Assembly: GCF_009834535.1 (NCBI RefSeq)
Contig: NC_045696.1
Span: 36,644,001 to 36,708,000, forward strand
Direction of reading: 5' to 3'
Source of the DNA: Camelus ferus
Lineage: Eukaryota
DNA: 64,000 nt
Shown here: one piece after another, positions 1 to 13,924 of the stretch
Numbering within the stretch: position 1 is the stretch's first letter
Layout of the letters: every line of letters begins with the position of its first letter
Made by a program: the position numbers and the translations under genes
The notes under the pieces: generated by a model
Databases searched by the model: none
Told to the model about the DNA's origin: nothing
The model's input: only the letters and a program-made list of their open reading frames with translations

Positions 1-2282
1 AGTAGCAGTAGTATCTACACTTCCTCAAGGATAGCGATACTGCTTTTTCTTTACAGCCTGACAGTCTAGGGGCAGGTTAAAGTGCTTCCACTTGTCCTTC
101 CTTGCATCATAGGTCAGAGATCCAATATGAGGGTATGCCAGCTGCTTAATATATCTAGTCAATTATGCACTTTAGAGCTTGAGGACTTAACAACTGAGTC
201 AATCAGTAGGAATTTTGGAACATTGTGAAATGGGCTTGGACTAAGATTATCTTTATAAATATAAACCCCTTTACAAATCAGAGGATCCATAACGGGCTTT
301 CAGATCCTCTGGTATCAGTGTCTTAAAAATCTTTGAGTATTATTCTTTCCCAGTATAGGGTCACAAGTTCCTTTAGGAAGTTGTTAAAGGGATGTTTATC
401 ATATGAGCTTGTGGAAGCCTTTTATCAAGGGGATCTCACTTCTTTGTCATAGGCTGACTTGCATTTTTTCTAAATTGATATGTTAAAATTTCAACTCTCC
501 AATATCTAAGAATATGACTGTATTGGGAGATAGTTTTTTTTAAGTGGTAATTAAGTTAAAATGAGGTCATTAGGGTGAACTCTAATCCAATATGTCTGGT
601 GTCCTTATAAGAAGAGAAAATTTGGACATAGACAGGTACAGAAGGAAGATCAGTGAAGACCTTGGGAGAAGATGGCCATCCACAAGCCAAGTAATGAGGC
701 TGCAGAAGAAACCAATTCTTTATCTCAGATATCTAGCCTCCAGAATTGTGAGAAAATGAATTTGTGTTGATTAAGCCACCTGGTCTGTGGTACTTTGCTG
801 TGGCAACCCTAGCAAACTAGTACATTGCACTTTGGATATGTAGACTGATTAGATTTGGAAATTGGTTGAGGGATTATAATTTTGCAGTATCAGAATTCAT
901 TTAAGTGCTGTGGCTGGCCTCTGCCATTCTGGAATTCTATAATTCCTATTGATACCAGTGAGCCCAGTAGGAAGCATCTCGTACCATCACTCCTTGACTG
1001 TAGAGGTCAGACCCACTAAGCTTTTCAAAGATGCTAGTGCCTCTCTCACCAGTGCATTTCTTAAAATCTTTGTGAAGATATGTCCTGTGGATCCTCCCAG
1101 GGAATGCAGTCGGATAGCAGGTTTTCCAGTCCCTCTTAGTAAATTCGTTTAAATGTTTTCATTTCCTGAAGTCTTCTGATCCCTTTCTCAGTACCATTCA
1201 AAGAAAGTTTCATAATCTCTACTTCATTTAATATAGAACTATCACTGGATCCAAGCTTCAAAGAGCCATCTATGTAGTGTGTTAGGGCCAAAACTAGGTG
1301 TCCTTACCAAAACATTAACTCTGAGTCACAGGATTCTAAACCAATAAGTTATCCTCTGTTTAAACTTATCTTCTGCTTTATCCCCTCACTGACCACTGCC
1401 CAGTGTAGTAGCCTCAAGACCACTCACTTACACATATATTCCTCTGGTTTCTGCTGGTACATATTAGCAGTCCCTGTAATTCCTTCAATATATAAGAAAT
1501 AGCATTTCCCTGTTCAGGCTGTACTGAGACCTAACCTTAGTGTTTGGCCTGAAAGCGATGTGGAGTGGATGTACATTGTGAAGAGAATAAGCAAAGTCTG
1601 GCTAGGCCTCTGCCTTAGAGCCTTTGCAGGGTAGTCGGGGACTGGAAGGCGGCTTTATTAAGGGGGAGGAGGCTGCTTCTACTGCCTCGAAGGGTTCAGG
1701 GTTATCTGTGGGTTCAAGGTTCTTAGAATTTTTCACCAAAAAATCTCCACCCAATTTTTTCAGAGTTGTACTTTTTCTTATTAGGGCTCTGCTGACTTAG
1801 CAAATCTATCAAGGCGATGTATTCAGTTCTTTTGCAGCTCTATCAGCTCACAGTAAACTCTTGGGGCTGATTTTCAGTCGGATGTATCCTGTGTACGTGC
1901 CAGATGTGGATCTCCTTAAACAGTCTTCTACAGTCCTCCTTTCTCCTTTTCAAGCATGCCTTGAGTTGAGAGTAAGCCAAAAGGAGCCTATCATTCCTTT
2001 CCTCAGTGCTTTCAAAGCAATCAGTTAAAGGCACCTAAATCCATTCTGTAAAATTACATCCTATAAAATGGTATTTTGGTAGCCACAAATGCCAGCACTT
2101 GAACTTCTCATTTATATTTCATTCCATTCATTCCGTCACCAAAGGTGATAGTCTTACTAATTGTGATGCTCTTATATGCCAGGGTCCTGCCACACGTACC
2201 ATCCACTGTCTGATTGGAGCTTGATCCAGATTTCAAAGCTCATTCTGAAGATCTGTTATATACAGTCAGTTCAAGTAACAAC
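1..2282 (-). mobile_element. ERVL internal region remnant (HERV16-like; gag to protease/start of pol), interrupted by an MLT1B LTR at 445-824 and running off the left edge
   Basis: Minus-strand translation near 60-160 gives decayed ERVL-like LDILSSW..., and gag-like sequence lies at 850-2200. The segment abuts the 3' end of an LTR16-like LTR. Many stops and frameshifts. Confidence 0.75.
445..824 (+). mobile_element. MaLR solo LTR, MLT1B-like
   Basis: TG...CA ends (tgtcataggctga ... aaactagtaca) and typical MLT1 motifs (aaaatgaggtcattagggtg, tggtgtccttataagaagag, cctccagaattgtgagaaaat). No clear TSD. Confidence 0.85.
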
Positions 2283-2800
2283 TACCTTAGCAGTGGTACC
2301 CAAGAAAGCAGAGCCTGAGAGGAAGGAATACATGCTGAGAGAACAGGAGTGAGAGATGGTAGAGCAAAACAGGGAAGGAGGGAAAACTAAAATAAAGATG
2401 CATTATAAAGTTGGCAATCAGTGTGAGAAACTGCAAGTTGATTCCACTGCACTTTATGAAGTGTTTTATGAAACGTGTCTTACAATTATCTGCCTGGGGG
2501 ATGAAAGGAGGAAGCATTTATCCTTTGGCTTTCATCTCGCATTGATCAAGGATGGCTCCTGGGCATTCACTCTCCCACACTTCCAGATTGGTCATGCTTA
2601 AATGCTGAGCAGGTATCTGCTGACATCCCACACTGTGGCATTAAAAACATCCTGAAGACAGGAGATATGAAGCAATGACCTAAAATTTCACCTATGTGAA
2701 GCTTATCAAAATTAGTAAAGAAATGGGTCACTGGTATAGCAGCTGGAATAAGAGGTGAGGTCAGGAATATTTGAAGTGGGGCACAGGCAGTCTCTGATTT
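2283..2800 (-). mobile_element. ERVL LTR, LTR16-like (5' LTR of the adjacent internal region)
   Basis: The minus strand ends in ctctcaggctctgctttcttgggtaccactgctaagg, resembling the LTR16 3' terminus, and is followed directly by ERVL leader/gag sequence. Confidence 0.65.
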
Positions 2801-3889
2801 TTAGGCCAATAACTGGCTTTATTGGCAAATGATAACAGTCAAATGTTTCTTTCTTTTCTCTTATTTTAAATTATAAGGTTTATGAGAAAGTCTCATGCAA
2901 TTGGACTTCTGACTACATTGTAGATTTATTTTAGGTCTTGATTGTAAATAATAGAATAGATAAAAATAAAGAATTTTGCAGCTTCCCTGTGTGCAAATCA
3001 TGTCAGTGGGCTCCCAGTTTGTTTTATAAGTCTCATATGATTTTTTCTTCCAATTTTTGTAGTTGTGTATGTTTATCACTATTTTAAACAATGATTTGTA
3101 TGTAGTGGATATTACACAAGAGAATGGTGCTGCTGTGGGTAAACTAGGTTGCACTATTCACTCGTAGATATTTGCTTGAATTGGATCAAAGCTCATTAGC
3201 AACTATATAAAAGGTGAAGTAATTTTTTCAGGGTTTCATTAGGTCCTTTTAGAAACACAAATATGTTGGAGTTAAGATTGAATTTGAGCTCTTTTCATCG
3301 TTTTGGGGACTGGTTTTCCAAATGATTACATGTCAGATGGGAAATCCTCTGTGATTAAGGACAGCGATGATAGCTTGTGTCTTAATCATCATCATTGTTG
3401 TTAATGTCTCTGGCACATTGTAGGTATGCAATAAATGGATGTTTATACCTAAGCTTATTTTCATATCCATGGCTTTGTTATTCAGTTTTATGTAATTTAT
3501 GACCTCTCCCCAGAAAACTGTTTTATAGAATGCAATGTATAAAATGAAACAGAGAGCTGAGGCACTGAGGTGTGTCCCATATTGTACACAATGAGGATGA
3601 ATAAATAACTAATGCGTCCTCTTCCAGATGTATTATTATCCTTTTCTTTTCCCTGTGTGTCACTGCTAATTTACCCTTGGTTAATTTTTCCTAAACCAAC
3701 TCTTTTTTCCTATGGTAAAAAGTTTTCTAGTTTCATTTTTATAATTACAAGCCAATTAAACTCCCTTCTAAAAGTCAGTTTAAATTTGGCTTTTTGTTTC
3801 TTACATTTAACAGCATTCTTTCAGATACAACTCCATTTTTCTCATATTTCACTTCTTTGGCTTACTATGATATATTTTCTACCACTATT

Positions 3890-4570
3890 TTTTAGCATTT
3901 TCCTTCAAATATTGTTATCATAACAATAAACCACACATATTTAAAGCATACAAACTGATGTTTTGCCATATGTGTATATCCATGAAACCATCACCATAAT
4001 CAAGATAACGGACACATTCATCACCTCCAATAGTTTCCTTGTTATCCTTTGTAATGCCTCTCTTCTGTTCCTCTCTCATCTCCCAAACAACCACTAATCT
4101 AATTTCTATCACTCTACATTAGTTTGAATTTCTTAGAATTTTATGTAAATAGAATCATACATTCTGAATTGGCTTTTGTTTGGCTTCTTTTACTCAGTAT
4201 AATTATTTTAAAAATCGTTCATGTAGTAGTATGAGCCTATAGCTTCTTTGGACTGCTGAGTGGTTTTCACTTCCGTGGTTATGCCACAGTATTTATCCAC
4301 TGACTGTTGGTGGACATTTGGGTAGTTTCCAGCTGTTGCTTATTACATAAAGAGCTGCTACTAATTTTTTTATATAATTCTTTATAAGGATCTATGATTT
4401 AATTTCTCTTAGATAAAATTTAGGAGTGGAATGGCAGGATTATATGGTAAGTGTGTATGTAAACTTTCTAAAAATTGCCAAACCATTTCTCACAATGATT
4501 ATCACCAGTATCATCTGAGATATCTAAGTAGGTGTCCACATCCTTATATACCAGCAGTTGGTATGGCCAT
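3890..4570 (-). mobile_element. Ancient L1 (L1M) 3' end fragment
   Basis: Typical L1M 3'UTR antisense motifs (ccatgaaaccatcaccataatcaagata, tggacatttgggtagtttccag, aggagtggaatggcaggatt). Confidence 0.8.
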
Positions 4571-4571
4571 T

Positions 4572-5030
4572 GGTATGACCATTAAAAAATGGTCACCCAA
4601 ATACATCAAGTTCTAATTTCAAAAATTATAAATGTTACCTTACTTGGAAAAAGAATCTTTGCAGGTGTAATTAAATTAAAGATTTTGAGATAAGGAGATT
4701 ATCATAGATTATCTGGGTAGGCCCTAAATGCCATCACAAGTGTCTTTATAAGAGAAAGGCAAAGGGAGTTTTGAGAGACACACGGAAGAGGGAAAAGTAA
4801 TGTGAATGTGGAGGCAGAAACTGGAGTGTTGTTTCCTCAAGCCAGGGAATGCTAGCAACCACCAGATGCTGGAAATGCAACAAACAGGATCTTCCCTAGA
4901 GCTTCCAGAGGGTGTGGAGCCCTGTCCACATCTTGATTTTGTGTGCCTGGCCTCCAGAATCTACAATTTTATTGTTTTAAGCCACCAAATTTGTGGTAAC
5001 TTACAATCACAGCCTTAGGTAACTAATTCA
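4572..5030 (+). mobile_element. MaLR LTR, MLT1C/MLT1D-like
   Basis: Motifs atgttaccttacttggaaaaag, gggtaggccctaaatg, ccctagagcttccagaggg and ttttaagccaccaaatttgtggtaa; ends aactaattca. Confidence 0.85.
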
Positions 5031-8000
5031 TTGGCTTTCCAGTATCAGAAATCTGGCATGGGTTTGATCAATCATGTACTTCTATACAGGACTCTGATGC
5101 TTTAATGAGTGATACTAAGGCAATGGAGTAGAATGAACTGACAGAGGTAAGATGGAATGTCCACTCTGTAGTCTTGTCAGTAGTGGAGAGCATATGTCCC
5201 TGGGGCAGCCTGAGTACTTTACAGTGCTGATATCCTGGCCACACTGTTCTGCTGATTGTGCTTTATGTTTTTTGCATGTTAGGAGCTACCTTAGCTCCAG
5301 TCTGTTTCCCAAACCTGGTTCTGTATACTGCTAGGATTGTCAGACCCCATAATTTTCTTTTGTTTTTCTGTTTTCTGTTTTTTTTTTTTTTTCCCGAATA
5401 AATCTCTTGAAACCATAGTGGATTTTTATAAATTGCAATTCTGGGTTTGTAACTGACTCTGGCAAAATATATTAAAATGCTTTGCAGGTCTAAAAAGAGA
5501 ATGAACAGTTTTCCTAGTACTCAAGTCTGTTTTCTTCTTTTGATTAGTAACTAAACATGTTAAGTGCTTTGGAGTTAATAGTTCTTGGATACTTATCCTT
5601 GTCTCTTACTTTTTTCAGAAGCCCAAGTTTAATAGAAACACTTTTTAATTTTGCAACAACAATATTATCCCCTAACCCCTCTAATAAACAAAATCAGCCT
5701 CAAGTTCCCTTTGGAATAAGGCTTTGAGTTCAACGCAAATCTGACAATCATATTTTACTCTTTCGTATTCTTTTCTACTCCGATGATTTATTCTACTCTT
5801 TGGGCCACATCCCTCTGCACTCAAAAGACCAGTTGTCTGTTGTGTGTTACCAGTATAACAGGTTTTACGTCACACTCATAGGTACCACCATTCCCCTCCA
5901 TGTTCTCACATAGCCAAATATGTTTATTAAAGTTGAATATGCCTTAGAGGCACAATGAACTTTGCAGTGATTAATTGGAAAAGTTTTAGATTTACACAGG
6001 ACATTTTTTGAAATATTTTATACATTCAAGAAATGTTTGGGAACTAAATAAATAAGAGATGGACATTTGCAATACTGTAGTCCAAACAAACCTCAGCTTG
6101 ATTTTCTGTTTCATGTGTTTAGCTTCTTTTAAGTCCTGTTTACATAAGGCCATGTAAACAATTCATTCTCTGGGGGAAAGTCAGTAAAAATATTAGGTAA
6201 TTAATAGAAAAATTGTTGCTTGATTAATTACCCCTTTCTCTAGTTGGTTATACTTTTATATAGAAATAGCCTTAGGGGCAAGTGTTAGTTATTTCACTCT
6301 CCTGTCAAATGGAATTGGTAGAAAGTTAATAATTTCGTATGCCTTTTATCCTTTACTCAAGTGGGATACACTTGAACAATAAAGGGGAATTAAATAGCTC
6401 TCCAGGAGACTAAATACATGCCAATCTGGGACACTGGGGCCAAAAATATATACTCTTTGTCCTCATCTCTACAATTCTCTCTGACAGTGGATGTACAGTC
6501 TTAGTTGCTTATCAAGAGAAAAAGTGTTACATTTAATATGGCCTTAATACTTAGAATGATTAAAATCAACTTAACATTATTACTATCTCCTTGTACAAAT
6601 AGGAAAACTTGTCACTCTGGGGTTTTGAGCCAGACCCTCAACAGTTTTCAGTTACTATCACTGAAGGTATCTCAAAATGTAATGTCTTTATAATACCATT
6701 GCTCTCTAGTGACAGTTTTTATTTTTTAATGTGAATATATTATTGCAATCTCAATATAACCTTTCTTCAAGTTGTTAGGGCATATCATGACGATGGTAAT
6801 AATAAATTTGAAGGAACTTTAGAGATTTAAAAAGTCTAACATTTACATTTATCAGAACAAAAGATGAGTCCGTGTGATAACATGCCAAAAAGTCATGCAG
6901 TTTATGGCAGAAGTAATACTGGTGTGTCTTCTGAGCCTAGTTCTATACCTTATGTGTGATATAAGACTTTACAAAGGATGCACAGCAGAATCTTTTTAGG
7001 CAGTACATTTATTTAGTGTATAACAGTATCAACATGTTTGGAAACATTGCATTTGATGATATTTTTCTGACTAATATTTAGTTAATGTCAATAGTTCCAT
7101 ACAAAGAGGGCCCTGGCAGTTAGTCCTGCCCTGGCAGTTACTAGATATCGCCCATAAGGTGGTGCATCCAATCAGATTATGTGACCTCCAAGGCCTCTTC
7201 CAGTCCTTAACCTTTATTCTGCACTGCAAATTTATATCATCTACTATGTCGTTCCACACCTATGTGGGAAATTCATCATCAGGGATGAACTGACAAGGCC
7301 GAATTTTGGGGGAATGGTTTGGTTTCCTACCTGTCTTTACAACAGAGCCAGAGTCAGCCCTCTGTGCCCAGCTCTCACAGACTGCCTCCTGCCAGCCCCC
7401 AGCCAAGCTTCTCCCTGTGACACCGCCTATCTGGCACAGCCAGGTGCGCACGTCTGCCCTTCCAGGGAGCACACCAGGTTAAAGTGCCAAGATGTTACTA
7501 TAAGGAGTCCCAGTTGCTTACTTGCTTTGAATACTCCCTGAGAATTGGACAAATCTATATTTTGTAAACATAGACAGCTCTGTCTTAAATATATAAAAGT
7601 GCTACTGTGGATAAGAAAAAAGAGTATTTAATGATGCTATTGAATTCAGAGCAAAATTTTGTCTTTTATATTCTCAAATGCTGAAATTATCTCACAAACT
7701 AAATGAATACTATCTTAGAGGGAGTTGGCAACTCCTTTAATCTTACCAGTGTCTTCATTTAAGAAAAGGTTTGGAGCTCAGCCTCTAATTTCTTCTTACT
7801 ATCTTTTGCTAAGAAATTAGGAGAGTAGCATAGTGGTCTCAGGTAGAGAGAATCATGCAAACCAGTATGAGCTGAGATGTTTCTGGTTGGTAGTGGTTTA
7901 GTGAATAATATCTTCGTGAGAATATTTTTAATTTTTCTTAGAGGCTTAAAATTTTCAGCAAGTCACAGTGGGAGTCCCAGGTGTTTTGACAGGCTTCTAA

Positions 8001-9380
8001 AGAACGAATTTTAGAGCAAGAGGATTTTTTTGCCTCTCCAATCACACCTGCTCTGGCACTGAGTATTACCCGCTCTGCATACTCATTTTAGCCCTCAAGT
8101 TCCTTTGATTATTAGGAATCTTCATGCTTGAAAAGCTGGCTCTGCTCCTCCTCCACAGAGTGAGGGAGGGAAATGGCATGTTTTGCAAATTTCAGTGCTT
8201 TTGAAAGGAATAATGAAAAGGAGGTGGTACTGCTTCAGAAGGCGAGCTACAGATGGAACAAAAGGTTAACTCAAATTTCTGCTGAAAATAGAAAGTAAAA
8301 ATAATAATGGTGATCTATACAAGAGCAGAAAACACAGCAAAGTGAAGTTATTCATTTTGAATCAGCAGCTTCTTTTTAAACATCCTTTGGTTGTTCAAAG
8401 GGTTTTATTTTACAAATTGGCATTCCGTAGGCATGTCTGACAACTGGTTCATTGTATCTCTTTTACCAATTGTCAGCAATAGTCTTTCTTTGGATCCACC
8501 AAGGAACTTCAATGTTCTGAGGTAGTTTCTTTGAGGACAAATAATCCAACTTTTTCTCCATGTTTGCTTAAAAAGAATTCAAAGCTTAACTTTGCACTCA
8601 GCGGCTTCTCTTTATTATCTTGACAGATGATTTCCACTTCCCCTGTCACTAGAAATGGGAGTCTCCTTGCTTTTAGTTAGCAGTCCTTTGTCTGTCTGGT
8701 GCCTTATCCCATAAAAAAGATAATCTATCTTCACAGACGTTGCGTTACTGTTAAAAAGAGACTGCTTTTATTAGAGACTTCTGAAGAATGTACAAGTGGT
8801 AGGTGTGTAGGAATGTGACTGAAACACAATAATCCCCCCTGAGCATTCCACAGCGCGGCTGTGAACAGGTGCAGGGCGATCTGACGGGACTGCTGCAGTG
8901 ACTTCTCACTTTTGAATAGTTTCAGAGCTTCTGAACTAGGAAAAAACCCTCCTTGCTAAAGAGAAAGAAAGTCATATTTCTCAGAGAGCTATAAGTGGTA
9001 GAAGATTAAGCTCAGTGATTAATATTTGAGAGTCATTTCTCTGTTAGAAACAGAATCTTTAAAATCATATTGAAAAAACGATGCTTTAAAAATGCATTGA
9101 CTCATGCCCAAACTGTCATACCTCTATTGGTAATAAACAGCATATTTGCAGGGTTTTTTTTTTTTTCTATTCACAAACTCTTATGAACAAATAATATCTT
9201 AAGTCCATATAAGGCTTAAATGTAAACACATTGATTTACAGGTGTGACAGACACTTTCAAATATGCCATCATCATCACATTCTGATAACAGAGATATTAA
9301 AATCCTTGTTACAGATGATGAATTTGGTTTTTAGGTAGGTAATGTCACTTGCATAAGATCATCATGGCAGACACTGATAA

Positions 9381-9570
9381 TTTTCTTTCTTTTCTCTCGT
9401 TCTTTCTTTCTTTCTTTTTCTTTTCTTTTCTTTTCTTTTCTTTTCTTTTCTTTTCTTTTCTTTTCTTTTCTTTCTTTTTCTCTTTCTCTCTTTCTTTCTC
9501 TTTCTCTCTTTCTTTCTCTTTCTTTCTTTCTTTCCATCTACCTACCTACCTACCTACCTATCTACCTATC
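9381..9570. repeat. Compound microsatellite (TTTTC)n/(TTTC)n/(TC)n followed by (CTAC)n
   Basis: Directly visible. Confidence 0.97.
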
Positions 9571-10844
9571 TGTACATGGATTTTTGGTTATGTACATGAC
9601 CATGAGTAAAGACTGTTTCCTGGCTTGCTTTGTGACTATGACTAAGTCTCAGCCAGTGTGGTATAAGTATGCATGCTATGTACAGGGACATGACCTTATT
9701 TTCTCTCTTTTCTCCTTTTTTTGCTAGCTCTAGTGGGAATCTGAAGGTGGGAGCTTGGCAGCCAATGTAGACACTGATGATGGCATAACAGAAGAATATG
9801 ATATAGGAGCTTACCTTTGATTAGCTTTCTTATACAAGGGAGAATAAAAATTTGTGAGTTTATGCCAGATTATTTATTTAACAGCCATAAAATATAGTCA
9901 AAAAAATAGAAAAAAGTGGAATTTAGTCCCACATTATCTAAATCTAATCCAACTGTTCTTTATATTACAAACTGTACAACTTCAGTACACCTGCCATGCA
10001 TCACTTTTGTAGATCTTTGTACTCCATCTTGGTTCTAGCCTCTCTAATTAAGATTTCTTCAACACTGTTGAAAACCATTGTTTTATCACATTGTATGGTA
10101 TAGTCGACTATATTATGATATGAGTTCATTTAAAATGCTTGAAATACTAAGGATTTGGAAGTACTTTTCAAGCATTAATTTTTATGTAAATTAAAAATTT
10201 CCACATTATAAGTTTATAGAGATGTAAATGAAGATATTAAAATCCTTTACAAAAACGATTGAAACTTGTAAGAAAGATAGGAAGCTGGGATAAGAAATGG
10301 AGCCATTAGACTTGATTTCCTCTCCTATCACCAATCTGTCTTATTCACTTCCTTCCAATGGATTCTTTTAGTAAAACTCCTATTTCCTTCAAACAGCTGG
10401 TAGTAGTCTTATCTCCTAATGATATACACCACATTAAAAAAAAATGCTACTAATCTAAAAATTCTACTCTGTGAAGATAAGCACATGGTTTAGAAGATGA
10501 AAAATGCTGACTGTATGATTACATTCCTGTCTGCTTGTATAGTACATGATCATTAAGCCATTCATCATTCTTTCTTTGGACTTAATTTTGGGGCTGGGTA
10601 AAGGGAAGCTGAGGAAAGCAGAGAATCAATTAACTTTGGCTCGGCAGACAATGGTTTTGGCCCTGACCTTCTACATATTCCTTATTTTAAAGGGGATTAT
10701 AGGGAACTTTAGTGACTTGTCAGTTAGTCATGGAGTCATGGCTTATCTCTGGATTTTAAAAGACTCAAGTTTAGGGATCTTTCTCCCACTTCATGCTGTT
10801 TCTTTTATCCTTGCTGTAACCTTTTGGGAAGGAAGGAAAACTGG

Positions 10845-11020
10845 TCTAAAATCCCAGTCATGCCCCTTATTAACTGGTGATAATGAGGCAACTTAATAAA
10901 CTTCTCTTTAGTTATTCAAAGAATCCAATAATTGTCTCTACATGATGTTAAAATGAGATAGTGCGGGTAAAATACTTTGCATAGAACCTGACACGTTACA
11001 AGTGCTTGGTAATTTATTTG
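10845..11020 (+). mobile_element. MIR fragment (highly diverged)
   Basis: aaatcccagtc...aatgagata...cctgacacgttacaagtgct matches the MIR core and tail layout. Confidence 0.55.
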
Positions 11021-11649
11021 TTCACAAACTTGTTTAACTAACAATGAAAATATAAAAACAATAGGTAAGAGGAATACTTAGTGGGGTTAAGTGATTTATT
11101 TTTCAAAACAGAAAAAGTCATTTCTGATTCTTCAGTCAAGGGAGAAAACATTGGGAAAATGTCTAATGCAGGTAAATGAAGGAGCACCAAGTCTCTTTCA
11201 CAGAAGCACAAACTTAATTGACAATTCAGTTTATCAATCACAGCAAGTACATTGTCTTGATCTGCCATAAATAGGGCAGAGTGAGACAACAGAATTCCCA
11301 GAAGTAATATGGTTTGCATTTATTTTAAAATACATTTACAAATTCATGCTCTTGAGTGATTAAAATCTGTGAAACACCTTTGAATTCACATATGGTTTTT
11401 GTGAATATTTGAATAGATGGAGTAAATGTTTACAATATGGTTAGAAGCAGTCATTTTCTTTGCTAATATGAGCAATTCAGGGTTTGCTTTTCAAAAACAA
11501 AGAAACAAACAAATAAAACCCAAACAATCAATAGCCAATGACTAGTTTAAGCTGAAGATTAAAACTCATTATTAATGTAAGGAGGGGATTTTCTGAAGTT
11601 CCATTGATAGAATGCTGAATTAGGCTTCGTTTTTCACTTAATAGTAACA

Positions 11650-12220
11650 GTCATTCTACGAATATTTACCGAGGAGTTACAGGAGACAGGCTCTTCAAGA
11701 AAGCACTTCTTTTACAATAATGAGGAAAACTGAACATGGTTTTTCTACTTTTGCAGCTCACAGCCAAGAGAGGAAGATAGAATTTAATTAATAACATAAC
11801 CGTACAACTGTCTCTAACCCCTAAGCACAGAGGAGAGGTTCGTGGTGCTGTAAAATATTATACATAAAGAATTTGACCTAAAAAGGGAGGCCAGAGAGGT
11901 GACAGTTATGCTTAGAACTGAAATAGGAATGAACCTGACAAAGCAAAACCAAAGACATCATGGTTAGGGGAAGGGTGGCCAGTGTGGCTGAGGCAGAGAG
12001 GGGGAGCACAGTGAGAGGCCAGGCTGGAAGGTCTCTAGGGGAGGACTAGGAAGAGCACTAAAAACCCTGGGAGGAGTTTTGCATTTATAGCTGAGTGCAT
12101 TGGAAATTGAATGAAATAGTTCATGTCTTTGGTTGGAGGGGTAGGGGAGGGAGATGACACAATCAGATATGCCTTTGTAAAGATCACCCTAAACGCAGAG
12201 AGGAGGATGGATTTCACAGA
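11650..12220 (-). mobile_element. L2 fragment
   Basis: Antisense L2 3' region motifs (aatatttaccgag..., ggccagtgtggctgaggcagag, acaatcagatatgcctttgtaaagatcacc). Confidence 0.65.
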
Positions 12221-13080
12221 GACAACACTGCTTCTAGTGGGAGATGATGGTGTTTCCTTCTTTCCCCACGTTTTTCAACTTCTTATGGGCAAAGGCATTT
12301 ATGATTTCTTACATTTTATAGTGCTAGACTCAAATTATATAATAAATTAATTTTTGCAGAGCAAATGAAAGAAGGGTGAGCTTATTCATTATTTAGATGA
12401 CAGAATAATTAGGTTGATTACTTATTATCTTTTAATTTAGCCATATGAACAACTGAAGCTGACTGGATAATTAGTGATCCACAGCGTAATCTGTTTCAAA
12501 AGGAGCTGAACTTCACATTGTGGGAGTCGTCTCTTTACCTTGATCACTTGGCACATGAATCACACTAGAAGGTGGTTGCTGAGTTGCTCATTTTTAATTT
12601 TTCTTATGATTATTCTATATCAGACCTACATGTTATCATGAGGTTTTTTCTTTCTTTCTTTTTTTTTTTTTAGAAAAAGAAAAACATGAGCAATCTAGTA
12701 AACAGATTGTGCCTCCTACTTGGGATATTTTTTATTTTCAGAACTTTATCAGCTCATATTGTGTTTTGAATTAAAAATGAGGTAGTTAATTTATTTCATT
12801 TAGAAGACATATTCTTGTATGCTATGCTGAGTTCTCTGAACTATTTTTTACAAACTAGTTTGCCTGGAATTAACATGTACAGAGAAGTAATTACATACAA
12901 GTGATAAGAGTTCTCTTAACACCCTTCAAAGGATTGAACAAGATGTTAGATGTTATCCAGCATGCTGATCTCTCAGGCATTCCAAATAAGTACTCCCAAA
13001 TGATGTTAGGGTCAGATTTTAAAAAATATATCAGAAAAACGTAAAAATAATGCTTTTTGAGTTTAATAGATGCTTAGATA

Positions 13081-13924
13081 TTTTTTAATTGAAGTATAGT
13101 TGATTTACAATGTTGTCTTAGTTTCTGGTGTATAGCATAGTGATTCAGTTATGTGTATATATATTCTTTTTCATATTCTTTTACATTATTGGTTATTATA
13201 AGATATTGAATATAGTTCTCTATGCTATATGATAGGACCTTGTTGTTTATTTATTCTGTCTATGGTAGTTTGTATCTACTAATCCCAAACTCCTAATTTA
13301 TCCCATCCTCCCCCTCCCTTTCCTCATTGGTAACCATAAGTTTGTTTTCTACATCTGTGAGTCTATTTCTGTTTTGTAAATAAGTTCGTAGTATCATTTT
13401 TTAGATTACATATATAAGTGATATTGTATGACATTCATCTTTCTCTTTTTTTCTTTTTTGTAATTGTAGTCCAGTCAGTTTACAATGTTGTGTCAATTTC
13501 TGATATACAGCATAATGTTTCAGTCATACATATACATACATACATTTGTTTTCATATTCTTTTTCATTTAGGTTACTGCAAAATATTGAATAGAGTTCCC
13601 TGTGCTATACAGAAGAAACTTCTTGTTTATCTATTTTATATATATAGTATTATCTGAAACTCTCAAACTCCCAATTTATCCCTTCCCACCCTCTTTCCTC
13701 CTTGGTAACCATAAGTTTGTTTTCTATGTCTGTGAGTCTGTTTCTGTTTTGTAAATAAGTTCTTTTGTGTCTTTTTTTTTATCTCACTTACTTCACTTAG
13801 TATGATAATCTCTAGGTCTACCCATGTTGCAACGCAAATGACATTATTTCATTCTTTTCTATGACAGAGTAATATTCCATTACACACACACACATATATA
13901 TACACACACACACACACCCCCCAC
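13081..13924 (-). mobile_element. 5'-truncated cetartiodactyl-type L1 3' end with TSD, containing a second nested L1 3' end (~13446-13780)
   Basis: Two copies of the ttttaattg(a/t)agt...tttacaatgttg...ggtaaccataagtttgttttcta 3'UTR. The flanking direct repeat aatagatgctta(g/t)at lies at 13065-13079 and 13925-13939. Confidence 0.9.

Noticed and set aside
9331..9609. K/E/R-rich and F/S-rich ORFs
   Set aside because: Both are translations of the microsatellite.
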